Of a stretch of 64,000 bases of DNA, positions 10,356 through 21,675 are shown piece after piece. Positions within the stretch are counted from its first letter, which is position 1, and each line of letters begins with the position of its first letter. The DNA is from a virus. A model generated the notes under the pieces. That model was not told where the DNA came from. It saw only the letters and a list, made by a program, of their open reading frames with translations, and did no database searches. The DNA is taken from IMG/VR virus record IMGVR_UViG_3300042375_000684. One strand, 5' to 3'. The translations under genes and the position numbers were made by a program.

Positions 10356-12143
10356 ATGTCAATTATAACAAATAAATTTAAGACAAGTAATGTTACAGAT
10401 TTCAAGCAAGATTTTATAGATTCAGATTACTATGTTTTTGTTTCTTCTACACAAATAACACAGACAAATGATTCCGAGTATTATATAAATGAATTTTTAG
10501 AGAATACACTTTTTGGTAAAAAAATAAACCCCGATGAAGTATTCTTTATGATAGATAATAATAGATGGCAATCTGGTTTAATTTATGAAAAGTACGATGA
10601 TAAATCAGATCTATCAGATAAAAAATTCTATGCAATAGTCTATCCTACTGATAATAGTACTGGCGATTATAGAGTGTACAAGTGTCTTTCAAATGATCAT
10701 GGTGCTAAATCTTTCAATCCACCAAATTATGATCCAGATACAGATGAACAAATTTATAGAATGGGTGATGGTTATGTTTGGAAATTTATGTACGTGATAT
10801 CTACTGTAGAATACCAAAAATATTCCGCACTTCAATATTTTCCAATCGTGTATCCCACTGCTGTAATTACAAACGTTGTTGCAACGGGAACTGCAATTAC
10901 ATATTTCGCGGACAATATTTTTAAACCTGGTATGATTGTAACTGTAAAAGGTATTATACCAAATCAATTTAATGTTACTGATAGAGTGATTACTGCCGCA
11001 TCAATTACTTCATTTACAATTAGCGGTACTGAAACTGGATCGTATCAAATAACATCACAAGGTGAATGTGTTGTAAAAAATGGGCTCGTTAATAAGCGAT
11101 CCATTGATCACATTGAAGTTGAAAATTATGATTTAAATAAAGGATATGAATTAAGATCTGGAATAATAGAAGAAGTCGGTGAAACTAATATTACAATATC
11201 ATCACCTAAGCTAGATTTAAATCCTTTAGCTAATTATTATTCCGGCCAGACCTTTTATGTTATAGATACAAATAATTATGCAAATACATATACTATAGAT
11301 ACATATAGTTATAACGAATCTACCAAAAAAGCAATTATCACACTTTTAGATAAAGATTCGTTTATTGATATTAATTTTGATTTTGAAATTTTCCCTAAAA
11401 TTGAAATAGCGGGGGATGGTACTGGTGCAGAAGCTGTGCCCAAAATAAACAGTCTAGGTACAATAGAAACTATATTAATTCTAAATAAAGGTAGTGGTTA
11501 TACACGTGCAACAGCAAGAATAGTAACACCTCTTTATGGGTTTGATACTGTATCAGCATTATCAACTGATGTTGAAGCAATATTAAGACCTATTTTATCA
11601 CCTAAAAATGGGCATGGTTATAATTTTGAAACTGAATTACTATCTAGAAGAGCACATGTATATACATCTTTAACTGATACTGATAATATAACTATACCAT
11701 CATCAAATGTGTATACTAGAATAGGTATTGTAAAAAATCCAGAATTTACATCTAATACAGATTTATTTGATAACAGATTAAAACTTACACTTAGTTCAAG
11801 CATTTTAACTGTTGGTGAAACTGTGACTCAAAGTTATCAACAACCTATTTCATTTTCCTCTGAAGTTCATGCTGTTGATGGAAATATAGCATATTTGTGT
11901 AATTATCACGGACCATATAGAACGTATCCTTCTGCAAACAGTTCTGCAGAAGGATATGAAGATATTCCAATAAACATAAAGAGTTCTATTATATCATCTC
12001 AAAATCAGATATTGAATATAAATAACATTATAAGACCGAATTACATCCAGAAAACTGGGGATGTATATTATGTAACTAATTTTGTTCCGATCACTCGAAC
12101 AACTACTTCGAATGAAGAATATAAGATCGTATTAGAATTTTAA
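10356..12143 (+). CDS. gp8: Baseplate wedge gp8-like
   Basis: NNRWQSGLIYEKYDD, YRVYKCLSN, DGYVWKFMYVIS, ISGDG.GA.A and PKNGHG motifs of gp8-family proteins. Confidence 0.8.
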   Translation: MSIITNKFKTSNVTDFKQDFIDSDYYVFVSSTQITQTNDSEYYINEFLENTLFGKKINPDEVFFMIDNNRWQSGLIYEKYDDKSDLSDKKFYAIVYPTDNSTGDYRVYKCLSNDHGAKSFNPPNYDPDTDEQIYRMGDGYVWKFMYVISTVEYQKYSALQYFPIVYPTAVITNVVATGTAITYFADNIFKPGMIVTVKGIIPNQFNVTDRVITAASITSFTISGTETGSYQITSQGECVVKNGLVNKRSIDHIEVENYDLNKGYELRSGIIEEVGETNITISSPKLDLNPLANYYSGQTFYVIDTNNYANTYTIDTYSYNESTKKAIITLLDKDSFIDINFDFEIFPKIEIAGDGTGAEAVPKINSLGTIETILILNKGSGYTRATARIVTPLYGFDTVSALSTDVEAILRPILSPKNGHGYNFETELLSRRAHVYTSLTDTDNITIPSSNVYTRIGIVKNPEFTSNTDLFDNRLKLTLSSSILTVGETVTQSYQQPISFSSEVHAVDGNIAYLCNYHGPYRTYPSANSSAEGYEDIPINIKSSIISSQNQILNINNIIRPNYIQKTGDVYYVTNFVPITRTTTSNEEYKIVLEF

Positions 12144-12152
12144 GGATAAAAA

Positions 12153-15100
12153 ATGCCAATTCGCACTAATCTAAATGAGTCTCCATACTATGATGATTAC
12201 GATATTACTAAACAGTACCATAGAGTTTTATTCAGACCTGGTTATGCAGTTCAAGCAAGAGAACTGACTCAGCTTCAAACAATTCTACAAAATCAAGTAG
12301 AACAATTTGGTGATAATATCTTTAAAGAAGGTAGTATTATTAAAGGGTGTAACTTTACTGAATTATCAGCATTAAGTTATGTAAAAGTAACAGATACTGC
12401 GGTCAATATCATAAATCCCCTGTTAGAAATAACAGTAAATGAACTTGTTGGTGGGATTGATCCAGAAACTGGAATTGAAACATTTTATGAAATTGAAGGT
12501 GCTATAACTGGGCTGAAAGCATTGATTATAGCTGCGGCATTTGGTTTTGAAACTAATGATCCCGATTTAAATACATTCTTTATTAATTATCTAAATTCAA
12601 ACGAAGCACAAGAAAAAGTTTTTGATCAGAATGAAACTTTAGAAATTTATAGATATACAATAACTGATGATGTAACAAGTGTCGGTGTAAAAGTAGCAGA
12701 ATTTTCAGTGACATCAAGAGCAAATCATGTTGGAAAATCATTTGGTGTACAATCTGCTATAGGTATTACATATCAAAAAGGTCACTTCTTATATGCCAAA
12801 GAACAAATTGTAATACTAACAAAGTACACAAATGTACCAAATAACATTTCAGTTGGTTATAGAGTAAGGGAAAGCTTAATTAGCCCTCTGACCGATAATA
12901 CACTCTATGATAATTCGATTGGTACACCTAATTTTAATGCCCCTGGTGCAAACAGATTAAAATTAGAACCTGTACTTATTGCAATTTCAACCGTGGAAGC
13001 AGATGGAGATCCTACATTCTTTACACTTGCCCGTTATATTAACGGAAGTGCTGTTCAGGTTAGAGACGTTTCTCAGTATAATGTACTTGGTGAGGAAATG
13101 GCTCGTCGTACATTCGAAGAATCTGGCAATTATATTGTGCGCGGCTTTAAAACAAAAGTTATCAACACCGCAAATGGAGCTATACAGGCAGCAGTGGAAC
13201 CAGGTGTAGCATATGTCAAAGGCTATAGAATAGAAACTAAGGGCGAGATCTTTGTTCCTATTGACCAATTGGAACTTTCTGATACTGAGACACAAGCAAA
13301 TCAACCTGTATCTTTCAATTACGGATCATATGTTGATATTGCAAATACAGATTCAATGGGAACACTTCCAGTTGGAACATACGCAACCGCTTCTCTAAAA
13401 AATATTAGTAATACTACAATTGGTACTGTAAGAGTAAGAAACTTTACCCCAGATAGAGTATATGTTTCAAACATCAGAATGGGTGCAAATAATTTTAGTG
13501 ATGTAGCTTCTATTGATGGAGCTGCAGGTTCTGTAAAAATTATTCCTACTATAAAACAGAAAAGTAATGACACTTCAATTTTTAATGTCGGTGAAACATT
13601 TCTTAAAAGTGTAACAGATATCAGTATTCCCGTAAGAAAAGCAAGAGCATTAACTAATATTGCAGACACGTTTACTTTGACTTCACTCTCGGGTGAAGAT
13701 TTTAATGTTCAACTCGATGATACCCTTATTGTAGATACAACACAAGATAATCTTCAGATATCCAGTATTGTAAAAGATAGTTCAACTCAATTGACTATTA
13801 ATTTAGTGGCAGGCCAAACACCAGCTGCTACAGGGACTATTTACTACAATTCCAGAGTACAACTTGCAGAACCATACGACAAATTAGATACAACACTTTA
13901 TGTCAAAGCAACATTCTCTGCTGGAACAACAAAATATAGTCTTGGTTTCCCAGATGTGTATCAATTAGTAAGCATAACAGATTCTGGAAGTAATGATGTT
14001 ACTAATAGTTTTAGATTAATAGAAAATCAGCAAGATCATTACTATGATCTTTCATACATTGAATATATACCTGGTCGCCCAGTTCCTGCCAATGGTCTTA
14101 TGACCATTAGAGTAAAAGCATTCAAAGTAAGTACTGCAACAGGATCATATTTCTTTACAGTTGATAGTTATCCAAATACAATAGATCTAAGTTATATTCC
14201 TTCATATAAAACATCATCTGGCACAACATTAAATCTAAGAGATTGTGTAGACTTTAGACCACATGCAGCAAATACTGTAGCATATGCAAGTGCCGAAGTA
14301 CTGGGAACAGCTCCTACTGTAAGCACAGCCGTAGGTGCAAATCCTACGTTTACTGGTACTTTCTTAATACCAGCGCTTAATTCTGCGGCAACACTTGATT
14401 ACGAATATTATCTTAATAGAACTGATATTATAACAATAGATTCGTATGGTAAATTTTCTGCAACAAAAGGTAAACCTTCAAGAAAATCTCGGTCACCTAC
14501 TATCGGTGACGATAAATTAGTCATTTCAGAAATTTACGTACCCGGGTTTCCTGCCATATCTTCTGATAGAGCATCACAGGAAAATAAACCAGCATTGGCA
14601 ATAAAATCCAAGACTTTGGGCGCGAAAACATATACGATGAAAGAAATCGGAGATCTTGACAGTAAAATCAGTAAACTTTTCTACTATATGTCCGTATCAT
14701 TATTGGAAGCATCTACACAAAATCTAAATATCACAGATGAAGCTGGTATTACTAGATTTAAAAATGGTATTCTCGTAGATCCATTCAATGATTTATCAAT
14801 AGCAGATGTTAAGAATCCAGAATTTAATGCATCACTAGATTTTACAGAAAAATCACTTTTACCTGCTGTTAAAACAATACCTATTAATCTAAAATATAAA
14901 ACATCCTCGAATGTTTCATTACACCCAAGTAGTGCAGAAATAGATGCTGCAACTCTTGCAACATCAATTAACACACCGTTAATTACACAACCTTATGCAA
15001 CAAGCTTTAGAAATTGTGTAAGTAATTTCTATGACTATATTGGAACTGGTTTCTTATTTCCAGAATATGATGGTGCATATGATACTGTAACAGCACCATC

Positions 15101-17513
15101 TCCAAATATAAACATTGACATTGCAACACCATTTATTGAATATACTGAAGCACTACAGGAATTTGTACCATTAACTTCAACTCAATCAACTTTGCTAGAA
15201 TCACGTATAGAAGAAATTGGAAGAACAACTTCAGGCAAAGGTAAAGGTCGAAGTACTACCGTTAGCACACAGCAAACTGATATTATTCAAGATATAACTC
15301 GTTCCCTTCAAGTTTCCGAAGGTCGTGTTAATGAGCAAAATCTAGGTGAATTTGTTACAAACTTCAACTTCAATCCATTTATGAGATCAAGAGAAGTTAA
15401 AATCTTGATGCACGGTTTAAGACCAAATACACGTCATTATTTCTTCTTTGATGATATTGATGTGAATTCAAGTGTTATCCCTGGCTTAGTTCCTTCATCA
15501 GATTCTGTTCGTGATGTAGTTGCAAAAGGGACTACAGTTGCAAGTGTCATTACAAATTCTAATGGTAGTCTTGCAGCAATATTCACAATACCATCTGCAG
15601 CATTCTATGTCGGCGATAGAGTTCTATTGGTATCTGATGTTGATAATATAGATTCTGTATCATCTGCAGGAACATCTGGTGGTTCAATTACTTATAGAGC
15701 ATATAATTTCTCTGTAAATAAGCAAAGTCTAACTCTCACGACACGTGAACCTGAAATAAGAGTTTCAGAAACTTCAACAACTAGAACTGTAGTAAATAGA
15801 CCTGTAGCAGTAACTACAGGAAACTCTGATCCACTAGCACAAACATTCTTTATAAAATCTGCAATGGCAAACGGAGCAGATTGTATCTTTGCTTCACGTG
15901 TTGACTTGTTCTTCAAGAGAAAAAGTGTTACCAACGGTGTCACAGTCATGCTAAGAGAAGTCATTAATGGCTATCCAGCTGCGGAAATAATACCTTTCTC
16001 TAAAGTGCACTTAAATGCAAGTGATGTTGCAATTTCAGATAATGGTTTGACTGCAACATCTGTATTCTTCAAAGCACCTGTAAGACTTGATGTTGAAAAA
16101 GAATATGCAATTGTTATTATGCCTGATGCAGGTGATCCTGATTATCTAATATATACTTCAAAGGTGGGTCTAACTGATCTAATTACAGATTCTCCTGTAG
16201 TTATGGACTGGGGTGACGGTGTTCTATTCACTTCTACAAATAATAGAGCATGGCAGTCATACCAAGATGAAGACATCAAGTTTACACTTTATAGAAGAGA
16301 ATTCAGTCAATCAACTGGAACTGTAACTCTTACAAATGAAGATAACGAGTTCTTGACTCTTTCAAATATTACTGGTGACTTCCAAAATGGAGAACTCGTA
16401 TACGTACTCAAATCTGTCGGCGGTGGAACATCAAATACGATATCTCTTTCTGCTGGAAATACTACTTCTACAGGGACAGCACTTTCAACTACATACAATC
16501 AATATGACTATGTATATGTTGAAAGTGGCGCAAATAAAGATTTAATGAAGATCGTAGAAGCTCCTACGTCGGGAGCTATGATATTTGATAAACCTTCTAA
16601 ATTTACCGGATCATTTATTGCAAATCCTGCTGTAATAGGTAAAATTGTTTACTATACCAATAGAAATCCTGAACTTATGATACTCGAAGGTTCATCAGCA
16701 AGTCTAACTAAGGTATTATCTCCTGGTGATACTATTGTAGGATTTGTAACTGAAGCATCGGCAACAATTTCAACAGTTGATAATGTTGAATTGAGTTACA
16801 TGCAACCAATCATATTAAAAACAAATAACAGTGTTACTGATGTTACAATGACTGGTACATTCACAGATCCTTCAGATACTGATGTGACATATACAAGAAA
16901 TATTCCATTTAATAATAAGACAACATTTAACGAAAAAGGCTGTATTATTTTCAGTAAATCAAATGGTGTTAAACCGTTTGACATAACATTAACTCTTACT
17001 AATGGAAATAATACTACCGCATCACCATTTGTAGATGTCGAAACTGCTACTATGTTAGCATATCAATATAAAGTTGGTGCTAATACAGATAACACTTCTG
17101 CATATATTTCACGGACAATTGAATTGGCTGAAAATCTAGATGCAGAAGATTTTATTCTCTACACTACAGCATACAGACCCTTAAATACAAGTATTAATGT
17201 TTATGTCAAAGTTCAACATGCTTCTGATCCAGTTGCATTTGAACTAAATGATTGGATACCATTAGAATTAGTTGAAGGTGCTGAAGTTTATTCATCAACA
17301 AGTAATACTAATGATTTTAAAGAGTTTGTATATAAATTACCAGAAACTGAAAAGGTCGGCGGTGTATTAACATATTCCAATACTTCCGGTGAATATTCTG
17401 GTTATAGAAAATTTGCTGTAAAGATAGAATTTATAGTTGATGAGGTATCCGGAAGATTACCAATCGGTTCAATACCAAGACTTCTCGATTATAGGGGGAT
17501 TGCACTTACATGA
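12153..17513 (+). CDS. Large virion structural protein, VrlC/DUF4815-like
   Basis: N-terminus NLNESPYYDDYD..KQYHRVLFRPGYAVQARELTQLQTILQNQVEQFGDNIFKEGS and DPLAQTFFI motif typical of this family in T4-like phages. Confidence 0.8.
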   Translation: MPIRTNLNESPYYDDYDITKQYHRVLFRPGYAVQARELTQLQTILQNQVEQFGDNIFKEGSIIKGCNFTELSALSYVKVTDTAVNIINPLLEITVNELVGGIDPETGIETFYEIEGAITGLKALIIAAAFGFETNDPDLNTFFINYLNSNEAQEKVFDQNETLEIYRYTITDDVTSVGVKVAEFSVTSRANHVGKSFGVQSAIGITYQKGHFLYAKEQIVILTKYTNVPNNISVGYRVRESLISPLTDNTLYDNSIGTPNFNAPGANRLKLEPVLIAISTVEADGDPTFFTLARYINGSAVQVRDVSQYNVLGEEMARRTFEESGNYIVRGFKTKVINTANGAIQAAVEPGVAYVKGYRIETKGEIFVPIDQLELSDTETQANQPVSFNYGSYVDIANTDSMGTLPVGTYATASLKNISNTTIGTVRVRNFTPDRVYVSNIRMGANNFSDVASIDGAAGSVKIIPTIKQKSNDTSIFNVGETFLKSVTDISIPVRKARALTNIADTFTLTSLSGEDFNVQLDDTLIVDTTQDNLQISSIVKDSSTQLTINLVAGQTPAATGTIYYNSRVQLAEPYDKLDTTLYVKATFSAGTTKYSLGFPDVYQLVSITDSGSNDVTNSFRLIENQQDHYYDLSYIEYIPGRPVPANGLMTIRVKAFKVSTATGSYFFTVDSYPNTIDLSYIPSYKTSSGTTLNLRDCVDFRPHAANTVAYASAEVLGTAPTVSTAVGANPTFTGTFLIPALNSAATLDYEYYLNRTDIITIDSYGKFSATKGKPSRKSRSPTIGDDKLVISEIYVPGFPAISSDRASQENKPALAIKSKTLGAKTYTMKEIGDLDSKISKLFYYMSVSLLEASTQNLNITDEAGITRFKNGILVDPFNDLSIADVKNPEFNASLDFTEKSLLPAVKTIPINLKYKTSSNVSLHPSSAEIDAATLATSINTPLITQPYATSFRNCVSNFYDYIGTGFLFPEYDGAYDTVTAPSPNINIDIATPFIEYTEALQEFVPLTSTQSTLLESRIEEIGRTTSGKGKGRSTTVSTQQTDIIQDITRSLQVSEGRVNEQNLGEFVTNFNFNPFMRSREVKILMHGLRPNTRHYFFFDDIDVNSSVIPGLVPSSDSVRDVVAKGTTVASVITNSNGSLAAIFTIPSAAFYVGDRVLLVSDVDNIDSVSSAGTSGGSITYRAYNFSVNKQSLTLTTREPEIRVSETSTTRTVVNRPVAVTTGNSDPLAQTFFIKSAMANGADCIFASRVDLFFKRKSVTNGVTVMLREVINGYPAAEIIPFSKVHLNASDVAISDNGLTATSVFFKAPVRLDVEKEYAIVIMPDAGDPDYLIYTSKVGLTDLITDSPVVMDWGDGVLFTSTNNRAWQSYQDEDIKFTLYRREFSQSTGTVTLTNEDNEFLTLSNITGDFQNGELVYVLKSVGGGTSNTISLSAGNTTSTGTALSTTYNQYDYVYVESGANKDLMKIVEAPTSGAMIFDKPSKFTGSFIANPAVIGKIVYYTNRNPELMILEGSSASLTKVLSPGDTIVGFVTEASATISTVDNVELSYMQPIILKTNNSVTDVTMTGTFTDPSDTDVTYTRNIPFNNKTTFNEKGCIIFSKSNGVKPFDITLTLTNGNNTTASPFVDVETATMLAYQYKVGANTDNTSAYISRTIELAENLDAEDFILYTTAYRPLNTSINVYVKVQHASDPVAFELNDWIPLELVEGAEVYSSTSNTNDFKEFVYKLPETEKVGGVLTYSNTSGEYSGYRKFAVKIEFIVDEVSGRLPIGSIPRLLDYRGIALT

Positions 17514-17710
17514 TTAGAGACGAAAGAACAAAGGCATTAATTAATACCGATGCGGATGCCCTTTATAAATACAAAATGGAAAGAGATAAAGTACGAAAGA
17601 TGACTTCTATGCAGAAAGAAATAGATCATCTTTATTCTCAAGTAGAAAATTTATATAAACTCTTAGAAGATAGAATAGAGAAGAATAATGGCAAAATCCG
17701 CAATAACTGA
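17510..17710 (+). CDS. Small coiled-coil hypothetical protein
   Basis: 66 aa, coupled to both neighbours, heptad-like C-terminal half. Confidence 0.6.
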   Translation: MIRDERTKALINTDADALYKYKMERDKVRKMTSMQKEIDHLYSQVENLYKLLEDRIEKNNGKIRNN

Positions 17711-18929
17711 AGTATCTGCTAATAATACATTTCAAGTTTGGTTAGACAAAACAAATGAACTTGTAAATCTTGTTCAAAGTGATATAGTTACTGCTTCTCT
17801 TGCTTCTGCAAATGGTGACATTACAATCGGTAATGCAACACTTGATGGTAATTTTAGAGCCAATACTATAACTGCATTTGACCTATTAAGAGTAGATTCT
17901 ATAAGTCCAAATGTTGGATCTACAGCAATAGAATTTACTGCTCCAGTTAATATAGTCACAAACCAGACAGTTTTGGAAAGACTTTCAAGTACAACTGGCC
18001 CGAGATTATCATTTTATAATACTATAGACTCTGATTGGCAAATTGGTTTTGAAAATAATACAACAAAGAAGTTTGTAATTACTAATGGCGGAGGTGCTCT
18101 TAAATTAGATACTTCCGGAAATCTAGAAATCACTGGTATTTTTTCTGGTACTGCTCAAACCGCAAATACAGTCACTCTTGTCGCTACAAATACCACAAAT
18201 GCTACACATTTTCCAGTTTTTGTGGATGCAGCAACTGGAAATGAAAATGTAAGAACAGATACTGGTTTTACATATAATCCAAGTACTGGTGCTTTAACTG
18301 CGACAGGCTTTGTTGGAGCATTAACTGGTAGCGTCACAGGTAATGTTACAGGAAATGTAACTGGTAACGTATCTGGTAGTGCTGGTTCTGTAACTAGTTT
18401 CACAGGTCGTACCACTAATGATCTCAGTGAAGGTACAACTAATCGTTATTACACCGATCCTCGCGCGCGACTTGCAATTAGTGGATCCACAGGTGTCACG
18501 TATAATGCTACAAGCGGTGCTATATCTATAGGCCAAGCGGTTGGCATCGGTAACAATGTGCAATTTGCAAATCTTACTACAACCGGAACTATTTCTTCAA
18601 CTGGCGCAATATCATCAAATGGTGACATTACAGCATTCGCATCATCATCTGATATACGAAAGAAAGAAAATATTGTAAGAATAGATAATGCACTTGAAAA
18701 GGTTCTGCAAATAGGCGGTTATACTTACAACTTTAAAAATGATGATAGAAAAATAACCGGTGTTATTGCTCAAGAATTAGAAAAAGTATTACCAGAAGCA
18801 GTCTATGAAATAGATGATGAAGCATTTGGCGGAAAATCTAAAGCTGTACGATATGGTAATATTGTTGGTCTTCTTATAGAAGCTATTAAAGAGTTAAAAA
18901 CAGAATTAGACGAAATAAAAGGAAGATAA
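17688..18929 (+). CDS. Tail/neck fibre with C-terminal peptidase S74 intramolecular chaperone
   Basis: NNTFQVWLDKTNEL N-terminus; TTNDLSEGTTNRYYTDPRAR fibre motif; C-terminal SSDIRKKENI...GVIAQELEKVLPEAV...[15 protein letters not shown]. Confidence 0.8.
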   Translation: MAKSAITEVSANNTFQVWLDKTNELVNLVQSDIVTASLASANGDITIGNATLDGNFRANTITAFDLLRVDSISPNVGSTAIEFTAPVNIVTNQTVLERLSSTTGPRLSFYNTIDSDWQIGFENNTTKKFVITNGGGALKLDTSGNLEITGIFSGTAQTANTVTLVATNTTNATHFPVFVDAATGNENVRTDTGFTYNPSTGALTATGFVGALTGSVTGNVTGNVTGNVSGSAGSVTSFTGRTTNDLSEGTTNRYYTDPRARLAISGSTGVTYNATSGAISIGQAVGIGNNVQFANLTTTGTISSTGAISSNGDITAFASSSDIRKKENIVRIDNALEKVLQIGGYTYNFKNDDRKITGVIAQELEKVLPEAVYEIDDEAFGGKSKAVRYGNIVGLLIEAIKELKTELDEIKGR

Positions 18930-18958
18930 AATGCTTTTACCATCTTTCGGCATTTTAT
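18926..18958 (+). terminator. Possible stem-loop after the S74 fibre gene
   Basis: ATAAAATGC (18926-18934) / GCATTTTAT (18950-18958) inverted repeat with a 15-nt loop; AT-rich stem, so weak. Confidence 0.3.
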
Positions 18959-19026
18959 GTAAACTTTTTAAAGAAAATGATAAAGACCAGTGTTATGTTA
19001 GAGTCAGAATAATATGATTCTAAAAT

Positions 19027-19034
19027 TATAAATA
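19027..19034 (+). promoter_or_regulatory. T4-type late promoter TATAAATA (fibre unit A)
   Basis: Exact T4 gp55 late consensus in intergenic DNA, 20 nt upstream of ATG 19055. Confidence 0.8.
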
Positions 19035-19054
19035 ACTAAAAAAGGTATAGTTAA

Positions 19055-21232
19055 ATGTCAAAAATCTCTCAATTAGGTCCATTACTTGCAGATGAAACTG
19101 CATCCAGCGACCTTTTTGTTATGGTAAATCTTGTGCAAGGTGACAATGGTACAAAAAATATCACAAGATCTGAACTAGCAAAAGCCTTACAAAAAGAACC
19201 TTTTACTAATATCAATATAACTGGTGGCACTATAAACAATGTCACAATGTCAAATAGTGTAATTAATACTACTTCCATTGCAAGTCCTACTATTAGCAAT
19301 CCAGCAATTACTGGTGGTTCTATTTCCAGTGCTACAATCAATACAAGTACTATAAATAATTCAGCATTAAATCAACCAATATTTGGAAATTTAAATGAAT
19401 ACGCGGCACCGTTAGATGATAATGATGAATTTATAATCCGTGAAGCACAAAATGGATCTACTGTTACAATTAAATTCTCTGATTTAAATGATGAAATTGC
19501 AGAGCAGTTAAAGAAAGTAAACAAAGTGTATGTAGCTGCTGATGCTGACGCCGGCGGCAATGGAAGTTATATGAAACCATATCAAACACTAGAACAAGCA
19601 TTTGCTTTTATGAATTCAATAAATTATCCAATTTCAATTTCAGTAATGCCAGGTAATTACTATACGGAAGGGAATCTTTCACTTCCAGATAAATGTTCAG
19701 TCGTGTCAACAAATGGTCAATATGCAACAAATATACATCTATATGATCCAACTAATGGACCGGGTGTAGATTGGTACTTACATGATCCAATCGAAGAAAA
19801 TTGTTTCTTGGTCGGATCTGGATGCTATATTCAAGGTTTCGGTTTCAGAAATATGAGAGTAGATGATTTTGATGATCCTACAAAAGGATTTGCTGTTGCA
19901 TTCAGACCAGGTGCTACAATACTTAGATCGCCATATATAAAAGATTGCAGTCAGGTAAGTAACTATACAGAAAGAGCTATTGCGGCGCCGTTAGATCCAG
20001 TTAATGCTAATCCTCTTGTTGGTAGAGGTGGCGGTGTTCTTCTTGCAGATCGCGCGGTTTTAGATTATGATACAATTTTCCCATATATGTTAGCTTTTGG
20101 TGCTACACCAAGATCGCCAAATGGGATGGGATATGTTGCAAAGAATGGTGCTGGCATTAACGGTATCGGTTCTATTACAATTTTCCAAAGATGTGCTTTC
20201 TATGCACTTAATGGTGGTCAAGTCACACTCAATAACTCCGGCACACAATTCGGTGATATATCAATGCGGGCCAAAGGTTTTACCTATGTAGTAGAACCAT
20301 ATGAATTAACTGGTGTAGAAAAGAATGATTTAATTTTTGCAAATACAGCAGCAGAAACAATAGATAATGCACGTGACGATATTATAGAAGATATGTGGGA
20401 ACGAATATACAGCGACTATGTTGTAGGTCTTGGATATGAAATAGATGAAGCACTTACTAGACGAGATGCAAACAGTTTTATTCAATCAATTTATTATGAT
20501 TTAATTTCAGCAGGCCAAACAAGTTCTAGAAACTTTGCAGCTTCATTCTTTGACTATAAGGCAGATCACGTATTTCAAGTATTTAATCCATCGGATGAAG
20601 ATGCAATATATATTGGAAGTGTTTCCGCTATTAGCGGTGAAGGCGGTCTTCCAGATGCAAATACAGTAGAACCAAATTCAGCATATATTGTTTATGATCC
20701 GGATGGAGAACCTATAAATATATATAAAGGTGATGTTTATGTTTCCGATGGATCTACTTGGACCAATACTGGTCCTAATGATACAACATTGCTAGATTCA
20801 TTTATATTTGCATACGAAAGAATGAAAATATATATGTTAACATTGACTGCAGATACAGCGCAGCAGGATATGATCTCTACATTAATTAATAACATTATTA
20901 TTAAAACTTTGTTGAATCCATCTAAACTATTATTTGGCAGTCTTATTGAAAGTTTGGCACATCAGTTTAACTTGGCGGGCGCAGGTGTAAATAAAAATGC
21001 GCTGCCACTTAACTTCAGAAGAGTCGGAAAGCCATTGCCTGCTAGCGGATCAGTATTAAAGGAAGATAGTGGTCGAGTAAGATGGTCAGGTGCAGATGAA
21101 TTAAACAACCAGTATTTTGCTGGAGGTTTAAAAATTAACGGTAGGACCGGTCGTCTGGAAGGAAGACCTTTCACATCATCAGTTAGAAGATTAGCAAGAA
21201 GAGCAGCAAATAGTAGGGTATCAATTACATGA
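19055..21232 (+). CDS. Virion structural protein with probable beta-helix domain (paralog of 39360..40985)
   Basis: KVYVA...GNGS..KPYQTLEQA and MPGNY are typical pectin-lyase-fold N-terminal motifs; long shared blocks with 39360..40985 (GSGC, DDPT.GFA, NPLVGRG.GV, GYVAKNGA, TQFGD). Confidence 0.65.
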   Translation: MSKISQLGPLLADETASSDLFVMVNLVQGDNGTKNITRSELAKALQKEPFTNINITGGTINNVTMSNSVINTTSIASPTISNPAITGGSISSATINTSTINNSALNQPIFGNLNEYAAPLDDNDEFIIREAQNGSTVTIKFSDLNDEIAEQLKKVNKVYVAADADAGGNGSYMKPYQTLEQAFAFMNSINYPISISVMPGNYYTEGNLSLPDKCSVVSTNGQYATNIHLYDPTNGPGVDWYLHDPIEENCFLVGSGCYIQGFGFRNMRVDDFDDPTKGFAVAFRPGATILRSPYIKDCSQVSNYTERAIAAPLDPVNANPLVGRGGGVLLADRAVLDYDTIFPYMLAFGATPRSPNGMGYVAKNGAGINGIGSITIFQRCAFYALNGGQVTLNNSGTQFGDISMRAKGFTYVVEPYELTGVEKNDLIFANTAAETIDNARDDIIEDMWERIYSDYVVGLGYEIDEALTRRDANSFIQSIYYDLISAGQTSSRNFAASFFDYKADHVFQVFNPSDEDAIYIGSVSAISGEGGLPDANTVEPNSAYIVYDPDGEPINIYKGDVYVSDGSTWTNTGPNDTTLLDSFIFAYERMKIYMLTLTADTAQQDMISTLINNIIIKTLLNPSKLLFGSLIESLAHQFNLAGAGVNKNALPLNFRRVGKPLPASGSVLKEDSGRVRWSGADELNNQYFAGGLKINGRTGRLEGRPFTSSVRRLARRAANSRVSIT

Positions 21233-21675
21233 CAATAACAAAACTTATAACAAGTCAGGCTCCTGATGCAAAACCCGTCGGAGTTTCTAAATCTATAACT
21301 AGTGCTGGTTGGACTACTTTAATAGAAGTGCCAGAATATGAAATACCCGAAGAAACATTCGGCGGGGGAACCATTACTGTACCAGGTGTTGCTGAAATTA
21401 TCAGCCCTTTACTTATTACTAATATAAGTGCGGCAAGCATCGATGTAGATATACGAATTTATAGAAATACCGATACTACTAACTATTTAATTGCTACACA
21501 ATTACCAATACCAGCATTTGATATTTTGCCACTTCCGTTAAATGGTCAATTTATTGCTAGTGGTGATAAACTAGAAATTACTAGTTCTGCAGCTAGTGGC
21601 ATTAATGTGACAATATCTTATACAGTGGGTCAAGCTGAACAGGATGATGTAGACGGAATAGTGGAGACCGTATAA
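21229..21675 (+). CDS. Small structural partner protein (paralog of 40988..41452)
   Basis: ATGA-coupled to 19055; shares P[ED][YF].[IV]P, PL.G and GD..[EQ] pattern with 40988..41452. Confidence 0.55.
   Translation: MTITKLITSQAPDAKPVGVSKSITSAGWTTLIEVPEYEIPEETFGGGTITVPGVAEIISPLLITNISAASIDVDIRIYRNTDTTNYLIATQLPIPAFDILPLPLNGQFIASGDKLEITSSAASGINVTISYTVGQAEQDDVDGIVETV

Noticed and set aside
6763-20291. Numerous short minus-strand and nested ORFs over baseplate genes
   Set aside because: Fully overlap well-supported + strand genes, low-complexity translations, no motifs.
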